Positions 46,768-55,097 of a stretch of DNA of 64,000 nucleotides are shown here, piece after piece. The notes under the pieces are model-generated. The model saw only the letters and a list, made by a program, of their open reading frames with translations, made no database searches and was not told the origin of the DNA. The position numbers were made by a program, and so were the translations under genes. The stretch is taken from the IMG/VR virus record IMGVR_UViG_3300045015_000053. The stretch is one strand, 5' to 3'. Source of the stretch: a virus (Duplodnaviria > Caudoviricetes). Numbering within the stretch: the first letter of the stretch is position 1; the number at the start of each line of letters is the position of its first letter.

Positions 46768-46921
46768 AGCAATTAAGTAGTAACCCGGCTCAGAATTTGC
46801 TCCTGCGGCATACGATAAGAGATCGGCAAAAATCTGGAATTAGGGTTTACAAAGTCCGGGGGTTTGTCGATACTGAAATTGTGACGGGTGGGACGCGACG
46901 AGCAAATAAAACAACGACAAG

Positions 46922-46950
46922 TTGACAAACTGCTCCGAACGGCCTACACT
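46922..46950 (+). promoter_or_regulatory. sigma70-type promoter of the long non-coding unit
   Basis: TTGACA-17 nt-TACACT. Confidence 0.8.
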
Positions 46951-47135
46951 GACTTGACAAGACACCGGAGACACGCCGTGCCGGGTAGGATCGAATGAAT
47001 GGGCGACGTTCGGTCGCCGGCACGGTGTGCTTATGGCGGTCGGTTTGAAACGGCAAGCACGCAAAAACGGACAACGTTCAACTAAGATTGCGTTCTCCAA
47101 ACTTGTGCGACCCGTATGCCTTCCGACCGCCTCCT

Positions 47136-47230
47136 GGGGGAGTAGCTCAGAGGCCAGAGCGCAATCTAGGGAGCCGATTAAAAACCGGCAAACGTGATTG
47201 AGGTCGTTGGTTCGACTCCAACCTCCCCCA
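47136..47230 (+). ncRNA. tRNA-like RNA with 29-nt insert in place of the anticodon loop
   Basis: GGGGGAG/CTCCCCC-A acceptor, GCTC/GAGC D stem, CAATC/GATTG stem, GTTGG-TTCGACT-CCAAC T arm. Confidence 0.75.
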
Positions 47231-47635
47231 CTCGGCAGGATGTTAGTAGCGGACTACATTACACCAACACCAATGTGTCTCTACGATTTTTTGCCTGCCA
47301 CAACATGCCCCTGGTGGGGCGATCTGCCGGAATGGGCGACGGCAGACGTAACGCCAGGGGCTTCTTAAATCCAGAACGGGTCAGCGAAAAAGCACCAACG
47401 GCATGTAAGAGTGCCTACCCGTTCTGGACTCGTCTTCCGCCTTATCAGCGGAAGTGGTGGAGGCGACGGTGTCACCAACATCGCTGCCCTTCGGAGAGTA
47501 AACTCCGAGCGACTCCGGTCGCGAAACAAATCTGGTGGATCGCTGGCTACTGCCGGCCCCCGGAGTACAGTCTTCGGACGGGCTTGACCCGGAAACAAAA
47601 CTGATGTGGAGTTCCTGTAAAAAGGGGCTTCATAT

Positions 47636-47707
47636 GGGGAGCAGGTGTCAAGGGACACGTCCTGGCTAATCACCGGGAAGAGTGGGGTTCGATTCCCCGG
47701 CTCCCCT
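47636..47707 (+). tRNA. atypical tRNA, anticodon AAT (Ile-like) with C37 and 4-nt D loop
   Basis: GGGGAGC/GCTCCCC; GTGTC-AAGG-GACAC; CCTGG-CTAATCA-CCGGG; TTCGATT T loop. Confidence 0.55.
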
Positions 47708-47921
47708 CTGGCGATGGGGATATACCCCTCGCCTCTCACTCGCAACATTTTTGACCCGGTCGGGGTGCGATCCCCGTGGGTATGCAGTAGCGGGTGTACA
47801 TTCATGAAAAGCGGAGGGACGTAATGTCCGAACACTACCAGAGGGGACCGCCCCTGAGAATGTACTACCCCTATATGGCACCCATGTCCGCATACCGCAT
47901 CTGATCGCGCGGGCCGGGTGA

Positions 47922-47959
47922 CAAAAACCCCAGTGAAACCCACTGGGGTTTTTGTTTTT
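47922..47959 (+). terminator. intrinsic terminator
   Basis: CAAAAACCCCAGTG-aaacc-CACTGGGGTTTTTG then TTTTT. Confidence 0.88.
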
Positions 47960-47974
47960 CAAGATAGATACAGC

Positions 47975-48769
47975 ATGCACACCGTCTTCGCCGAGTGGCT
48001 GTTCGAGCGGACCACCGATCCCGAACGCCGCGCCAGAATCGACAAGGCTTTCAACACCCTGAAGGCGTTCATGGAAAAGGTCGTCAAAGAAGACACCTTC
48101 TCCGACTACTTCCAGACGGACGGCGACTTCTACTACTTCTTTCCCTGCGTCAAGCACCTGCCCGAAGTCTTCAAAGGGAACATGGAGTTCATCGCTCAGA
48201 AGTTCGACAAGGAAGCTCAACAAGACACGAACCCTCTGATGGGCCAGCAGATCGACTACAGCGGCGGGTTCAACTTCCTCGACCACGATCCGCCGCTGTT
48301 CACCTTCGTCTTCCAGACCGACCGCAAGACGTTCATCCAGAACTTTCCGAAGTATTGTGCCAACTGGTTGTCACAGGTTCGGCAGACCTTCAATCACGAG
48401 TACAACCACTACCTCGACTGGCTCGACTCGGACGGGAAGGCGATCCCCGCCAAGAACATCTGGAACGCCGGCGCGGGCGAGGCCCAACGGAAGAAATACT
48501 TCAACTCGACGCACGAGGTCAACTCGTTCTTCACCGACATGGTGATGGACGACTTCGAGTTCGTGCGGGGCGGGATGTTCTCGAAGATGCCGCCGGCCAA
48601 GAAACTCGCGGTGTTCGAGAAGATGTACGGCCGGGACGCTCGCGAGTACGTCGCCAAGTTCTGGACCCGCAAACAGGGCTTCTCCGAGTTCTCCACGGAA
48701 ACCCGCAAGCGGCTGTCGAAACGACTGTACGCCGCCTACCAGCAACTGAAGGCCGAAATCTCGGCTTGA
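47975..48769 (+). CDS. zincin-like HExxH protein with CTS-like N-terminus
   Basis: TAGATA 47965-47970 plus 4 nt; MHTVFAEWLFER; FNHEYNH...YFNSTHEVNSF. Confidence 0.7.
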   Translation: MHTVFAEWLFERTTDPERRARIDKAFNTLKAFMEKVVKEDTFSDYFQTDGDFYYFFPCVKHLPEVFKGNMEFIAQKFDKEAQQDTNPLMGQQIDYSGGFNFLDHDPPLFTFVFQTDRKTFIQNFPKYCANWLSQVRQTFNHEYNHYLDWLDSDGKAIPAKNIWNAGAGEAQRKKYFNSTHEVNSFFTDMVMDDFEFVRGGMFSKMPPAKKLAVFEKMYGRDAREYVAKFWTRKQGFSEFSTETRKRLSKRLYAAYQQLKAEISA

Positions 48770-48775
48770 AATGTC

Positions 48776-48792
48776 GCGCAATTTCGGAGACT
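48776..48792 (+). repeat. 17-bp intergenic direct repeat, copy 1
   Basis: GCGCAATTTCGGAGACT, identical at 50749-50765. Confidence 0.8.
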
Positions 48793-48842
48793 GTTTTCCC
48801 CGTGCTTGTTGGTAGTGTTCACACTCTACCAATGAGGGAAAC

Positions 48843-49151
48843 ATGCTGCACTACGTCACGCCGGAAATGGGCGACAAGGCTCCCGAAAGCGCCAAGACGT
48901 TCGCCAAACTCGCCCACTACGGCCGGCACTATTTCCTCGATTCCACCCTCGGCCCGGACGTGATCAAGGGCATGGGAGTCGTCTACCGTGGGCAGTACAA
49001 GGAAGACGCCAGCGACGACCCCCTCAAGATGGAACTGCGTTGCGAGAAGGGTTCCAAACTCGCGAACCACTACAGCTACAAGGTGACCATCCGGGCGTTC
49101 GAGAAACTTGGTAAAACCATCGACATCGCAGTGGACTGCCCACTGGATTAA
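48843..49151 (+). CDS. hypothetical protein
   Basis: GAGGG RBS. Confidence 0.6.
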   Translation: MLHYVTPEMGDKAPESAKTFAKLAHYGRHYFLDSTLGPDVIKGMGVVYRGQYKEDASDDPLKMELRCEKGSKLANHYSYKVTIRAFEKLGKTIDIAVDCPLD

Positions 49152-49159
49152 GGAGCAAC

Positions 49160-49573
49160 TTGTCAGAGATCGCTGTAGTTTGTACGCACTGTCAGAATCC
49201 GATGAACGTCCCGAAAACGTTCACCGGCCGGTTCGCCGAGTTCCATTGCAAGAACTGCGGCCGGTCCTTCGGTGTGACCCCGACCGACTCTCAGGTCCGC
49301 ACTCTCAGTCGCGGCGCGGAGTCGATGAGGGGGAAGGTCGCCGAGCAGATGGCTAAGGCCGGGCAAGAGATCCTCGGCCTGCCCGTTCAACTGACCCAGA
49401 TGAAAGAGGTCAAGTGGGCGGTCCAGTGCCGAGTCGAAGCTGTCACCCCCACAGGGGTCGCCATTCCGCTCGGAATTGTTCGATTTTCTGATGCGGGCAA
49501 GGTGTATTCCGAGCAATCCGGGTCTACACTGTCCGAGATCATGGACCGCGTAGACCCCAAATCCCGATGCTAA
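49160..49573 (+). CDS. zinc-ribbon hypothetical protein
   Basis: CTHC...CKNCG; AGGAG RBS with TTG start. Confidence 0.6.
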   Translation: MSEIAVVCTHCQNPMNVPKTFTGRFAEFHCKNCGRSFGVTPTDSQVRTLSRGAESMRGKVAEQMAKAGQEILGLPVQLTQMKEVKWAVQCRVEAVTPTGVAIPLGIVRFSDAGKVYSEQSGSTLSEIMDRVDPKSRC

Positions 49574-49582
49574 GGTGCTTCA

Positions 49583-50452
49583 ATGGGACGTGAAGTTCGT
49601 CGTGTGCCGGCCGATTTCAACTGGCCGCTCAAGAAGGTCTGGTCGGGCTTTCAGATGCCCGACGAACTTCACAGTCTCCCTTGCTACCACTGCGGCGGGC
49701 AGGGCGTGAACGCGGCCACCCGCGTTCTGTCCGATAGCTGGTACGATCAGGCCGGTTTCGTGATGGTGGGCTACCAGTTCGCACCGCACGTCACGGACGC
49801 AGAGATCGCCGAGATGGTCAAGAAGGCCGGTGGGCGGTGGACGTACCGTTACGGCCAAGACCGCAACGGGAACGTCGCGGAACGCCCGCCGTGGAAGGTC
49901 ATCGGCGACTATCGCGGCTGGTGTCACGACCTCACCCAAGACGAAGTTCAGCTTCTCTTCGATGAGGGTCGTTTCTACCGGCTCAAAGAAACGGGCGTCT
50001 GCCCCACCGCCGCTGAGATCAACGAGGCGTACCAGCACGGCATGGGCCACGACGCCATCAACATGTGGATCTGCGTCAAGGCCCGCGCACAACGCATGGG
50101 CATCTACGGCCACTGCACCCACTGCAACGGTGAAGGCCGACTCTGGCGGGACGAAGAACACAAGCGGTTGCACGAAGAGTGGCAAGAGACGCCCGTTCCC
50201 GAAGGTCCGGCCTACCAAATCTGGGAGACGGTCAGTGAGGGTTCGCCCGTTTCGCCGGCCTTCTTGAAACCAGAAGACCTCGCGCGGTGGATGGTGCGTA
50301 ACGACGACTCCGTCACCAGCGGCACCAGCTTCGAGGGGTGGGTCAAGTTCATCACGAAGGTCGGGTTCGCGCCGAGTGGTGTGGGCGTCGGCGGCAACAT
50401 CAAGAGCGGCGTCGAGACACTTTCCGAACGTGTCGAAGAGGACGATCAGTGA
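49583..50452 (+). CDS. phage hypothetical protein with split CxxC.G.G motifs
   Basis: MGREVRRVP; CYHCGGQG; CTHCNGEG; YQIWETVSEGSPVSPAF. Confidence 0.7.
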   Translation: MGREVRRVPADFNWPLKKVWSGFQMPDELHSLPCYHCGGQGVNAATRVLSDSWYDQAGFVMVGYQFAPHVTDAEIAEMVKKAGGRWTYRYGQDRNGNVAERPPWKVIGDYRGWCHDLTQDEVQLLFDEGRFYRLKETGVCPTAAEINEAYQHGMGHDAINMWICVKARAQRMGIYGHCTHCNGEGRLWRDEEHKRLHEEWQETPVPEGPAYQIWETVSEGSPVSPAFLKPEDLARWMVRNDDSVTSGTSFEGWVKFITKVGFAPSGVGVGGNIKSGVETLSERVEEDDQ

Positions 50453-50742
50453 AAATCTCCGTCACGCAGGCCGACATCGATCAGGCCGCGAATTGGCAAG
50501 AAGACTTGCAACGAAACCCGGTCGCGTGGGCGATTCGCCGGACGACCGGCATTCCAACCTCGGCCGGGCCGGGCGCGGCGGTGATCGACTACTGCACGCC
50601 GTGGCAGTCCGAGTGCTGGTTGCCGGACGAGATCATCGACTGGCTCGAAAACTTCAACAACGGCGAGGAGGTCGAGCCGATTGAGTTCGAGATCGATTTC
50701 GATCTGGAGGCTCACGAGACGCGGCGGGCCGGTCGGCGATAA
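50449..50742 (+). CDS. hypothetical protein
   Basis: GTGA overlap; MKISVTQADID. Confidence 0.6.
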   Translation: MKISVTQADIDQAANWQEDLQRNPVAWAIRRTTGIPTSAGPGAAVIDYCTPWQSECWLPDEIIDWLENFNNGEEVEPIEFEIDFDLEAHETRRAGRR

Positions 50743-50748
50743 ACTTCG

Positions 50749-50765
50749 GCGCAATTTCGGAGACT
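50749..50765 (+). repeat. 17-bp intergenic direct repeat, copy 2
   Basis: GCGCAATTTCGGAGACT. Confidence 0.8.
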
Positions 50766-50819
50766 CGGTCTGGGCGGTTTCTAAGTGGTGGAGACGGTTT
50801 CGCGAACGGGAGACGGGCC

Positions 50820-51131
50820 ATGACGTTCGGCGACGAAGTGATGGTGATCGAACGGCTGGTGCGGTGTGGTTCGGGAGTCAACTACAACTCCCGAACCATG
50901 TATCCGGCCTTGATCGGTAAAACCGGCGTCGTCAAGTTCTACGACGACGAGGCGTACAACACCGACTACCCGACCGGGTACGAGCGTGTGACTGTGACGG
51001 TCGAGATCGACGGGAAGGAACACGACGTGGACGGCGCACACGTCGTCAAGGTGTGTCAGGTGTGCAAGCACATGGGTTGTCGCGGCGGCGAACATACCTA
51101 CAACCAAACCTGCCTTTGCACTCGGAAGTAA
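50820..51131 (+). CDS. hypothetical protein
   Basis: GGAG RBS. Confidence 0.6.
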   Translation: MTFGDEVMVIERLVRCGSGVNYNSRTMYPALIGKTGVVKFYDDEAYNTDYPTGYERVTVTVEIDGKEHDVDGAHVVKVCQVCKHMGCRGGEHTYNQTCLCTRK

Positions 51132-51132
51132 C

Positions 51133-51363
51133 ATGAAGATCTTCTCACGCATCACCGTTTACCAGATGCTCGACGGGATGGAGAAGCGGGGTGACATCAA
51201 CGGTCGCCCCTACAACTTCTCGCTGACCGTGACCTTCTACAAGCTGAAGGCCGGGTTCAAGTGGACCCTTGATAGCGGGAACCGGGTACGAAACCTTCGC
51301 GGGCCGTTCGCGACCATCGAAGAGGCTGAAGCTGCGGCGAAAACCCAACTCGAAGCTTTCTGA
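51133..51363 (+). CDS. small hypothetical protein
   Basis: Coupled ORF. Confidence 0.55.
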   Translation: MKIFSRITVYQMLDGMEKRGDINGRPYNFSLTVTFYKLKAGFKWTLDSGNRVRNLRGPFATIEEAEAAAKTQLEAF

Positions 51364-51371
51364 GGTGTCCA

Positions 51372-52001
51372 ATGTTTGACGAAGTGACCCAAGAGTTCAT
51401 CGACAGCATGGAGTGGTCGCCGGAAACCCCGGACGACATCAAGAAGCTCGTGATCGGCAACCTCAAGGGGCTGTCGATCATGATGGAGACGCGGCACAAG
51501 CAGCGTCCCAAACTGTACCTGTTCATCGCGCGGAAGGACAGCAGCGAGGATTACTGTCGCGGCCACCGAATGGCGAGCTATAGTTCCGACTTCGAGATGA
51601 AGAACTTCCTCACCCGCGACGAACTGATCAAGTTGTGGGCCGAGTACCTTCAGAAGAACATGAACCTCGACTGCAACGAGTCGGGTTACGCCTTCGCCGT
51701 CTTCCGCGACGGAACCAAACTGTTCGATGACCATGTTACGTTCGACGGCGGCGAGCGGTTCGGCTACAACACCGACGAGTATTACGCCAACTACGAACGG
51801 CTCGAAGTCGAAGAGGCCGACTGCAACGTCGAGATGACCGAGATCTACGCTCTGGTACGCGAAGCGGCCAACAAGCTGCAAGGTGCCAAACTCACGCAGG
51901 AAGAACGCGAGAGGGCCGAGAGAGCTAACGCCGATGCTGCCGCCGCGAAGGAAAACCGCCGGTTGCAGTTCCTCCAACTTCAGAAGGAGTTCGGACAATG
52001 A
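51372..52001 (+). CDS. hypothetical protein
   Basis: GAGG RBS. Confidence 0.65.
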   Translation: MFDEVTQEFIDSMEWSPETPDDIKKLVIGNLKGLSIMMETRHKQRPKLYLFIARKDSSEDYCRGHRMASYSSDFEMKNFLTRDELIKLWAEYLQKNMNLDCNESGYAFAVFRDGTKLFDDHVTFDGGERFGYNTDEYYANYERLEVEEADCNVEMTEIYALVREAANKLQGAKLTQEERERAERANADAAAAKENRRLQFLQLQKEFGQ

Positions 52002-52441
52002 GTCGCCGTCAAAGTGCCTACGAGATGCCGCCGCCCCCACCGCCCCCGCCTCTGGTGCCGATCAGAGGACGTTTCGACGCCGGTCGCGTGCCGGACTACT
52101 ACGCCGAGCGTGGGTGGTGCGAGGAATGGGCCGGTTGGAACAAGTTGACCGTCTGCACGCAGAAGTACCTGCGTGATCTGCTGCGGCAACTGTGGGAGAA
52201 CAAGAAACATCACGGGGAAAACCCGATTGTTTCGATCCACGTCAAGAACCCGTCCGGCAAGGGCAGTCGGATTCACGAGTGCTGCCGCGTGGACGGCTGG
52301 CAGACCGGGTTCGAGGCGGAATACAACCGCGAGATCGAATACTTCTGTGTGACCGAGACGGCGCTCTGCACGGACGGCAAAGACCACCAGTTCTGGCACA
52401 AGTTCAAAATCGAGGATGTCATCTGGGTGATGGTGACGTGA
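51998..52441 (+). CDS. hypothetical protein
   Basis: ATGA overlap. Confidence 0.6.
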   Translation: MSRRQSAYEMPPPPPPPPLVPIRGRFDAGRVPDYYAERGWCEEWAGWNKLTVCTQKYLRDLLRQLWENKKHHGENPIVSIHVKNPSGKGSRIHECCRVDGWQTGFEAEYNREIEYFCVTETALCTDGKDHQFWHKFKIEDVIWVMVT

Positions 52442-52443
52442 AT

Positions 52444-52474
52444 GAGAAGGCCGGGCAAAGCGCCCGGCCTTCTC
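52444..52474. terminator. hairpin between convergent genes
   Basis: GAGAAGGCCGGGC-aaagc-GCCCGGCCTTCTC. Confidence 0.8.
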
Positions 52475-52477
52475 TCT

Positions 52478-52690
52478 TTACTGCGATCTCGCACAGTCGG
52501 GACAGATCACGAGTTCCTTCACGATCTGTTTCCCGACCCCTCCGTTGTCGATGCACTCCATGTGATCGAACTTGCCGCGTTTGAATACGGGCTTGTACCG
52601 GGCGGGGTGGACTACTTCTTGGTAAAACGTGACCTTGTGCTGCTTCACCCTCGGTTGGGTGACGTTCCTGCAATTGGAGCAGACGTACAT
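52478..52690 (-). CDS. small zinc-ribbon protein
   Basis: MYVCSNC...CPDC; start chosen at an internal ATG. Confidence 0.5.
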   Translation of the reverse strand: MYVCSNCRNVTQPRVKQHKVTFYQEVVHPARYKPVFKRGKFDHMECIDNGGVGKQIVKELVICPDCARSQ

Positions 52691-52774
52691 TGTCTCGGCC
52701 GTTTTTGGATTGCCTTCTCGACAGGCCGAAGCCGGAAGGGTAAAGTGAGGTACACCGTATTGTGGGAGTTTCAA

Positions 52775-53008
52775 ATGGAAGATATGAGCAAACTCGAAAA
52801 ATTGCTGGACGTACCGATTGTCTTCGGGCTACAAGCTCAGGGACACATCCCCACGATCCAGAAGATGCTCGCGGCCGGCGCGACGTGGAAGGAGATCGGA
52901 AACAAGATCGGCTGGTGCCAAAACACCGCCAAAGAACACTACGAACGCTACCTTCAAAGGGAGAACGGCAATGCAAAGGGAAAGACACCCGCTGCCGATG
53001 GAGTCTGA
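52775..53008 (+). CDS. small HTH-like protein
   Basis: GGGAG RBS; GATWKEIGNKIGW. Confidence 0.5.
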   Translation: MEDMSKLEKLLDVPIVFGLQAQGHIPTIQKMLAAGATWKEIGNKIGWCQNTAKEHYERYLQRENGNAKGKTPAADGV

Positions 53009-53279
53009 CGAGATGGCCGAAGCCCTCCGGGTTTCGCATTGCGACCGCAAGAGGCAGAACCACAAGTGTCAGGGCGTCGTCACCATCGCCCCCGGCCAAC
53101 TGCGGCTCGACTGCAAACTGTGCGGCGAGGATCGGCACACGCTGGACGAGACGATGGTTCTGGTGCGAGAGGCCAGAGAGATCTGTGACATCGTCGGCGT
53201 GAACTACGACGCACTGGACGCTCAGAAGAGACGTGAATTGTTGTTGGCGGTACTGGATCTGGCTCAGAACGGCCTGTGA
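52971..53279 (+). CDS. Cys-containing hypothetical protein
   Basis: GGAG RBS. Confidence 0.55.
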   Translation: MQRERHPLPMESDEMAEALRVSHCDRKRQNHKCQGVVTIAPGQLRLDCKLCGEDRHTLDETMVLVREAREICDIVGVNYDALDAQKRRELLLAVLDLAQNGL

Positions 53280-53335
53280 CGCACTCAGTCCGGCAGATTC
53301 CACATTGCTGCTTCCTCTGCCGGACTGAGGGTTGT

Positions 53336-53761
53336 TCACTCGAAGTAGAAGTTGAAGTCGGCTCTCAACACGTTGATCTGCTTGTCGGCTTTGCCTTCGT
53401 CCAAAACAAACGTTCCCAAGATGAGCTTGCGTTCGCCTGCGGTCCTGTCTTCCATCTCTTTTTCGATTTGGAACAACTTCTCGATGATCTCGTTCAGATC
53501 CTGCCGCCACATGGTGTGGATTCTGCCTTTGAATGACATCCGCCATCGGTCAATCGATTGCAGGCTGAAGGAGATCATCGGCAGGTTGATCTTATCGACG
53601 CCCTTCTCGATGTCTTCGGCGACCAGTTCACGCGGGAGCAGCGAGGTCGATTTCTCTTCGCTGGCGTAAATCGTTTTGACTTGGTGTTCTTTGCCACTCT
53701 TGTCTCGTACCGTCACTTTTTGAAACAGCTTCATCAGTGCTTCTTCGTTCTCGCGGATCAT
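53336..53761 (-). CDS. hypothetical protein
   Basis: GAGG RBS. Confidence 0.6.
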   Translation of the reverse strand: MIRENEEALMKLFQKVTVRDKSGKEHQVKTIYASEEKSTSLLPRELVAEDIEKGVDKINLPMISFSLQSIDRWRMSFKGRIHTMWRQDLNEIIEKLFQIEKEMEDRTAGERKLILGTFVLDEGKADKQINVLRADFNFYFE

Positions 53762-53842
53762 TTTTCCTCGGTTGTTTGAACTCCTCGGTCGGCATCTACA
53801 TCTTAGTCACTTGTTTTCTTTTGGTTTGGGGTAGATACCGTT

Positions 53843-54724
53843 ATGCACGACCTCAAGTTCTCCGATTGGCTCAACGTCCAAGAAATGGCGCTCAGGAAAA
53901 TGGAACTGGTGCCGCCGCACAACCCGGACGATCCGAAATCCGCTTGGGGGCCAAAAGGCCGCAAGTACGGTTGGGACGACACCGACCGCAAGCTCGTCAC
54001 GTCCGAGGGCGGCGTGAAGAAATTCACGAAGCTGTTCGCGAACACCGAGTGGGACTTCGAGTTTTACCTCGTGCGGTCCAAAGAAGCCGCGAAGTGGGTC
54101 GAACACGGCGAAGTGACGACAGAGTGGGTTCACGATAACATCCCGCAGATGGCGACGTACCAACCGGCCGAAGACGCCATCAACGTGATCTTCACCAACA
54201 ACACCGGCGCGGAGAAGATGCACTTCTCGGCGTGGACCGCCGCTCACCGCTTGGGCCACGTCATCCAAAGGAGTCCGAACGTCGAGTATTGGAAGGAGTT
54301 CACGGCCGGTCTTCAAAGACAAATGGAAGGCATTCTGAGCCGCCACTACAACCACAAGGCCACCAGAGCTTTCTACGGCAGTAGTTTCCCAGACCAGAAG
54401 ACGGAGAAGTTGCTCGGCCGACTCGCGACGAACATGGGTACGATGCGGTCGGCTCGCCAAAACAACATCCGCAACTACTTCGAGTTCGCCTACGAACTCC
54501 TGGCCCAGTTCCTGACGACCAAGAACAAAGTTCAGTTCAACGGGCAGTTGGAGCGGATGCTCGCGACCAAGTTCGCGTGGGGCAAGCCGAGCGGCGGGGC
54601 GTACCAGAAGTACGACTCCGACAAAGAACAGATCGCGAGCGAGGTGGAGGACATCGCCGATTACTGTAACGAGTACCTCGAAGAAGTCATGCGAGAGTGC
54701 GTCGGCCGAACATTCGTGATGTAA
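53843..54724 (+). CDS. protein with CTS-like N-terminus and degenerate HxxxH (HRLGH)
   Basis: TAGATA 53832-53837 plus 5 nt; MHDLKFSDWLNVQEM. Confidence 0.7.
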   Translation: MHDLKFSDWLNVQEMALRKMELVPPHNPDDPKSAWGPKGRKYGWDDTDRKLVTSEGGVKKFTKLFANTEWDFEFYLVRSKEAAKWVEHGEVTTEWVHDNIPQMATYQPAEDAINVIFTNNTGAEKMHFSAWTAAHRLGHVIQRSPNVEYWKEFTAGLQRQMEGILSRHYNHKATRAFYGSSFPDQKTEKLLGRLATNMGTMRSARQNNIRNYFEFAYELLAQFLTTKNKVQFNGQLERMLATKFAWGKPSGGAYQKYDSDKEQIASEVEDIADYCNEYLEEVMRECVGRTFVM

Positions 54725-54729
54725 CACAA

Positions 54730-54760
54730 CGACCCAGGTGGCAATGATCCATCTGGGTCG
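54730..54760. terminator. bidirectional hairpin
   Basis: CGACCCAGGTGG/CCATCTGGGTCG. Confidence 0.7.
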
Positions 54761-54764
54761 CTGA

Positions 54765-55089
54765 ACTTTTGGGGTTATGATTGGTCCGGCTCGCTCTGTG
54801 GTGCAAACGCTAAACGGGCTTGAATCAGCCCTTTCACTCCCACAGGGAGCTATCCTTGACGACATGCCCTTCCTCTATGGCTCTGCCGGGCCAACGGGCC
54901 ACTTCCACCGCCTAGCGGTCTTAACTAGAGGTTCCGCAACATGACGTATTCTTCCGAGAGATTTCCAACCACTCGTATCCTTTTGCCCTCGGTTGCGATG
55001 TCGTCTTTCCGTCCATTTGGTTTTTCGGTCGAAACCTACTGGCCGTTAGAACGGTTTTGTCTCCTCGGACGCCGAAGCGTTTGAGGGTT
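54765..55089 (-). ncRNA. about 325-nt structured non-coding RNA (family unassigned)
   Basis: Minus-strand TAGATA at 55100-55095; UUCG hairpins; long-range helix 55005-54998/54865-54858 with nested helices; no ORF. Confidence 0.6.
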
Positions 55090-55097
55090 TGACTTAT

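Larger units (their letters stand above)
46957..47921 (+). ncRNA. about 960-nt structured non-coding transcript with two embedded tRNA-like cloverleaves (family unassigned)
   Basis: Bounded by promoter and terminator; helices 46972-84/47017-29, 47035-43/47123-31, 47307-14/47354-61, 47370-81/47417-28, 47754-61/47912-19; no credible ORF. Confidence 0.7.

Noticed and set aside
46851-46860. AAAGTCCGGG, and GAGAGTAAACTCC near 47494, resembling RNase P RNA CR-I
   Set aside because: The first lies upstream of the promoter and lacks GAGG; no matching CR-V/P4 partner was found for either
47194-47943. ORFs of 136 and 192 aa across the long ncRNA, and ORFs over the tRNA array
   Set aside because: They overlap cloverleaves and stems, lack RBS, and have atypical composition
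54810-54840. Minus-strand GGAGUGAAAGGGCUGAUUCAAGCCC resembling a 23S rRNA segment
   Set aside because: Similarity is short and flanks do not continue as rRNA
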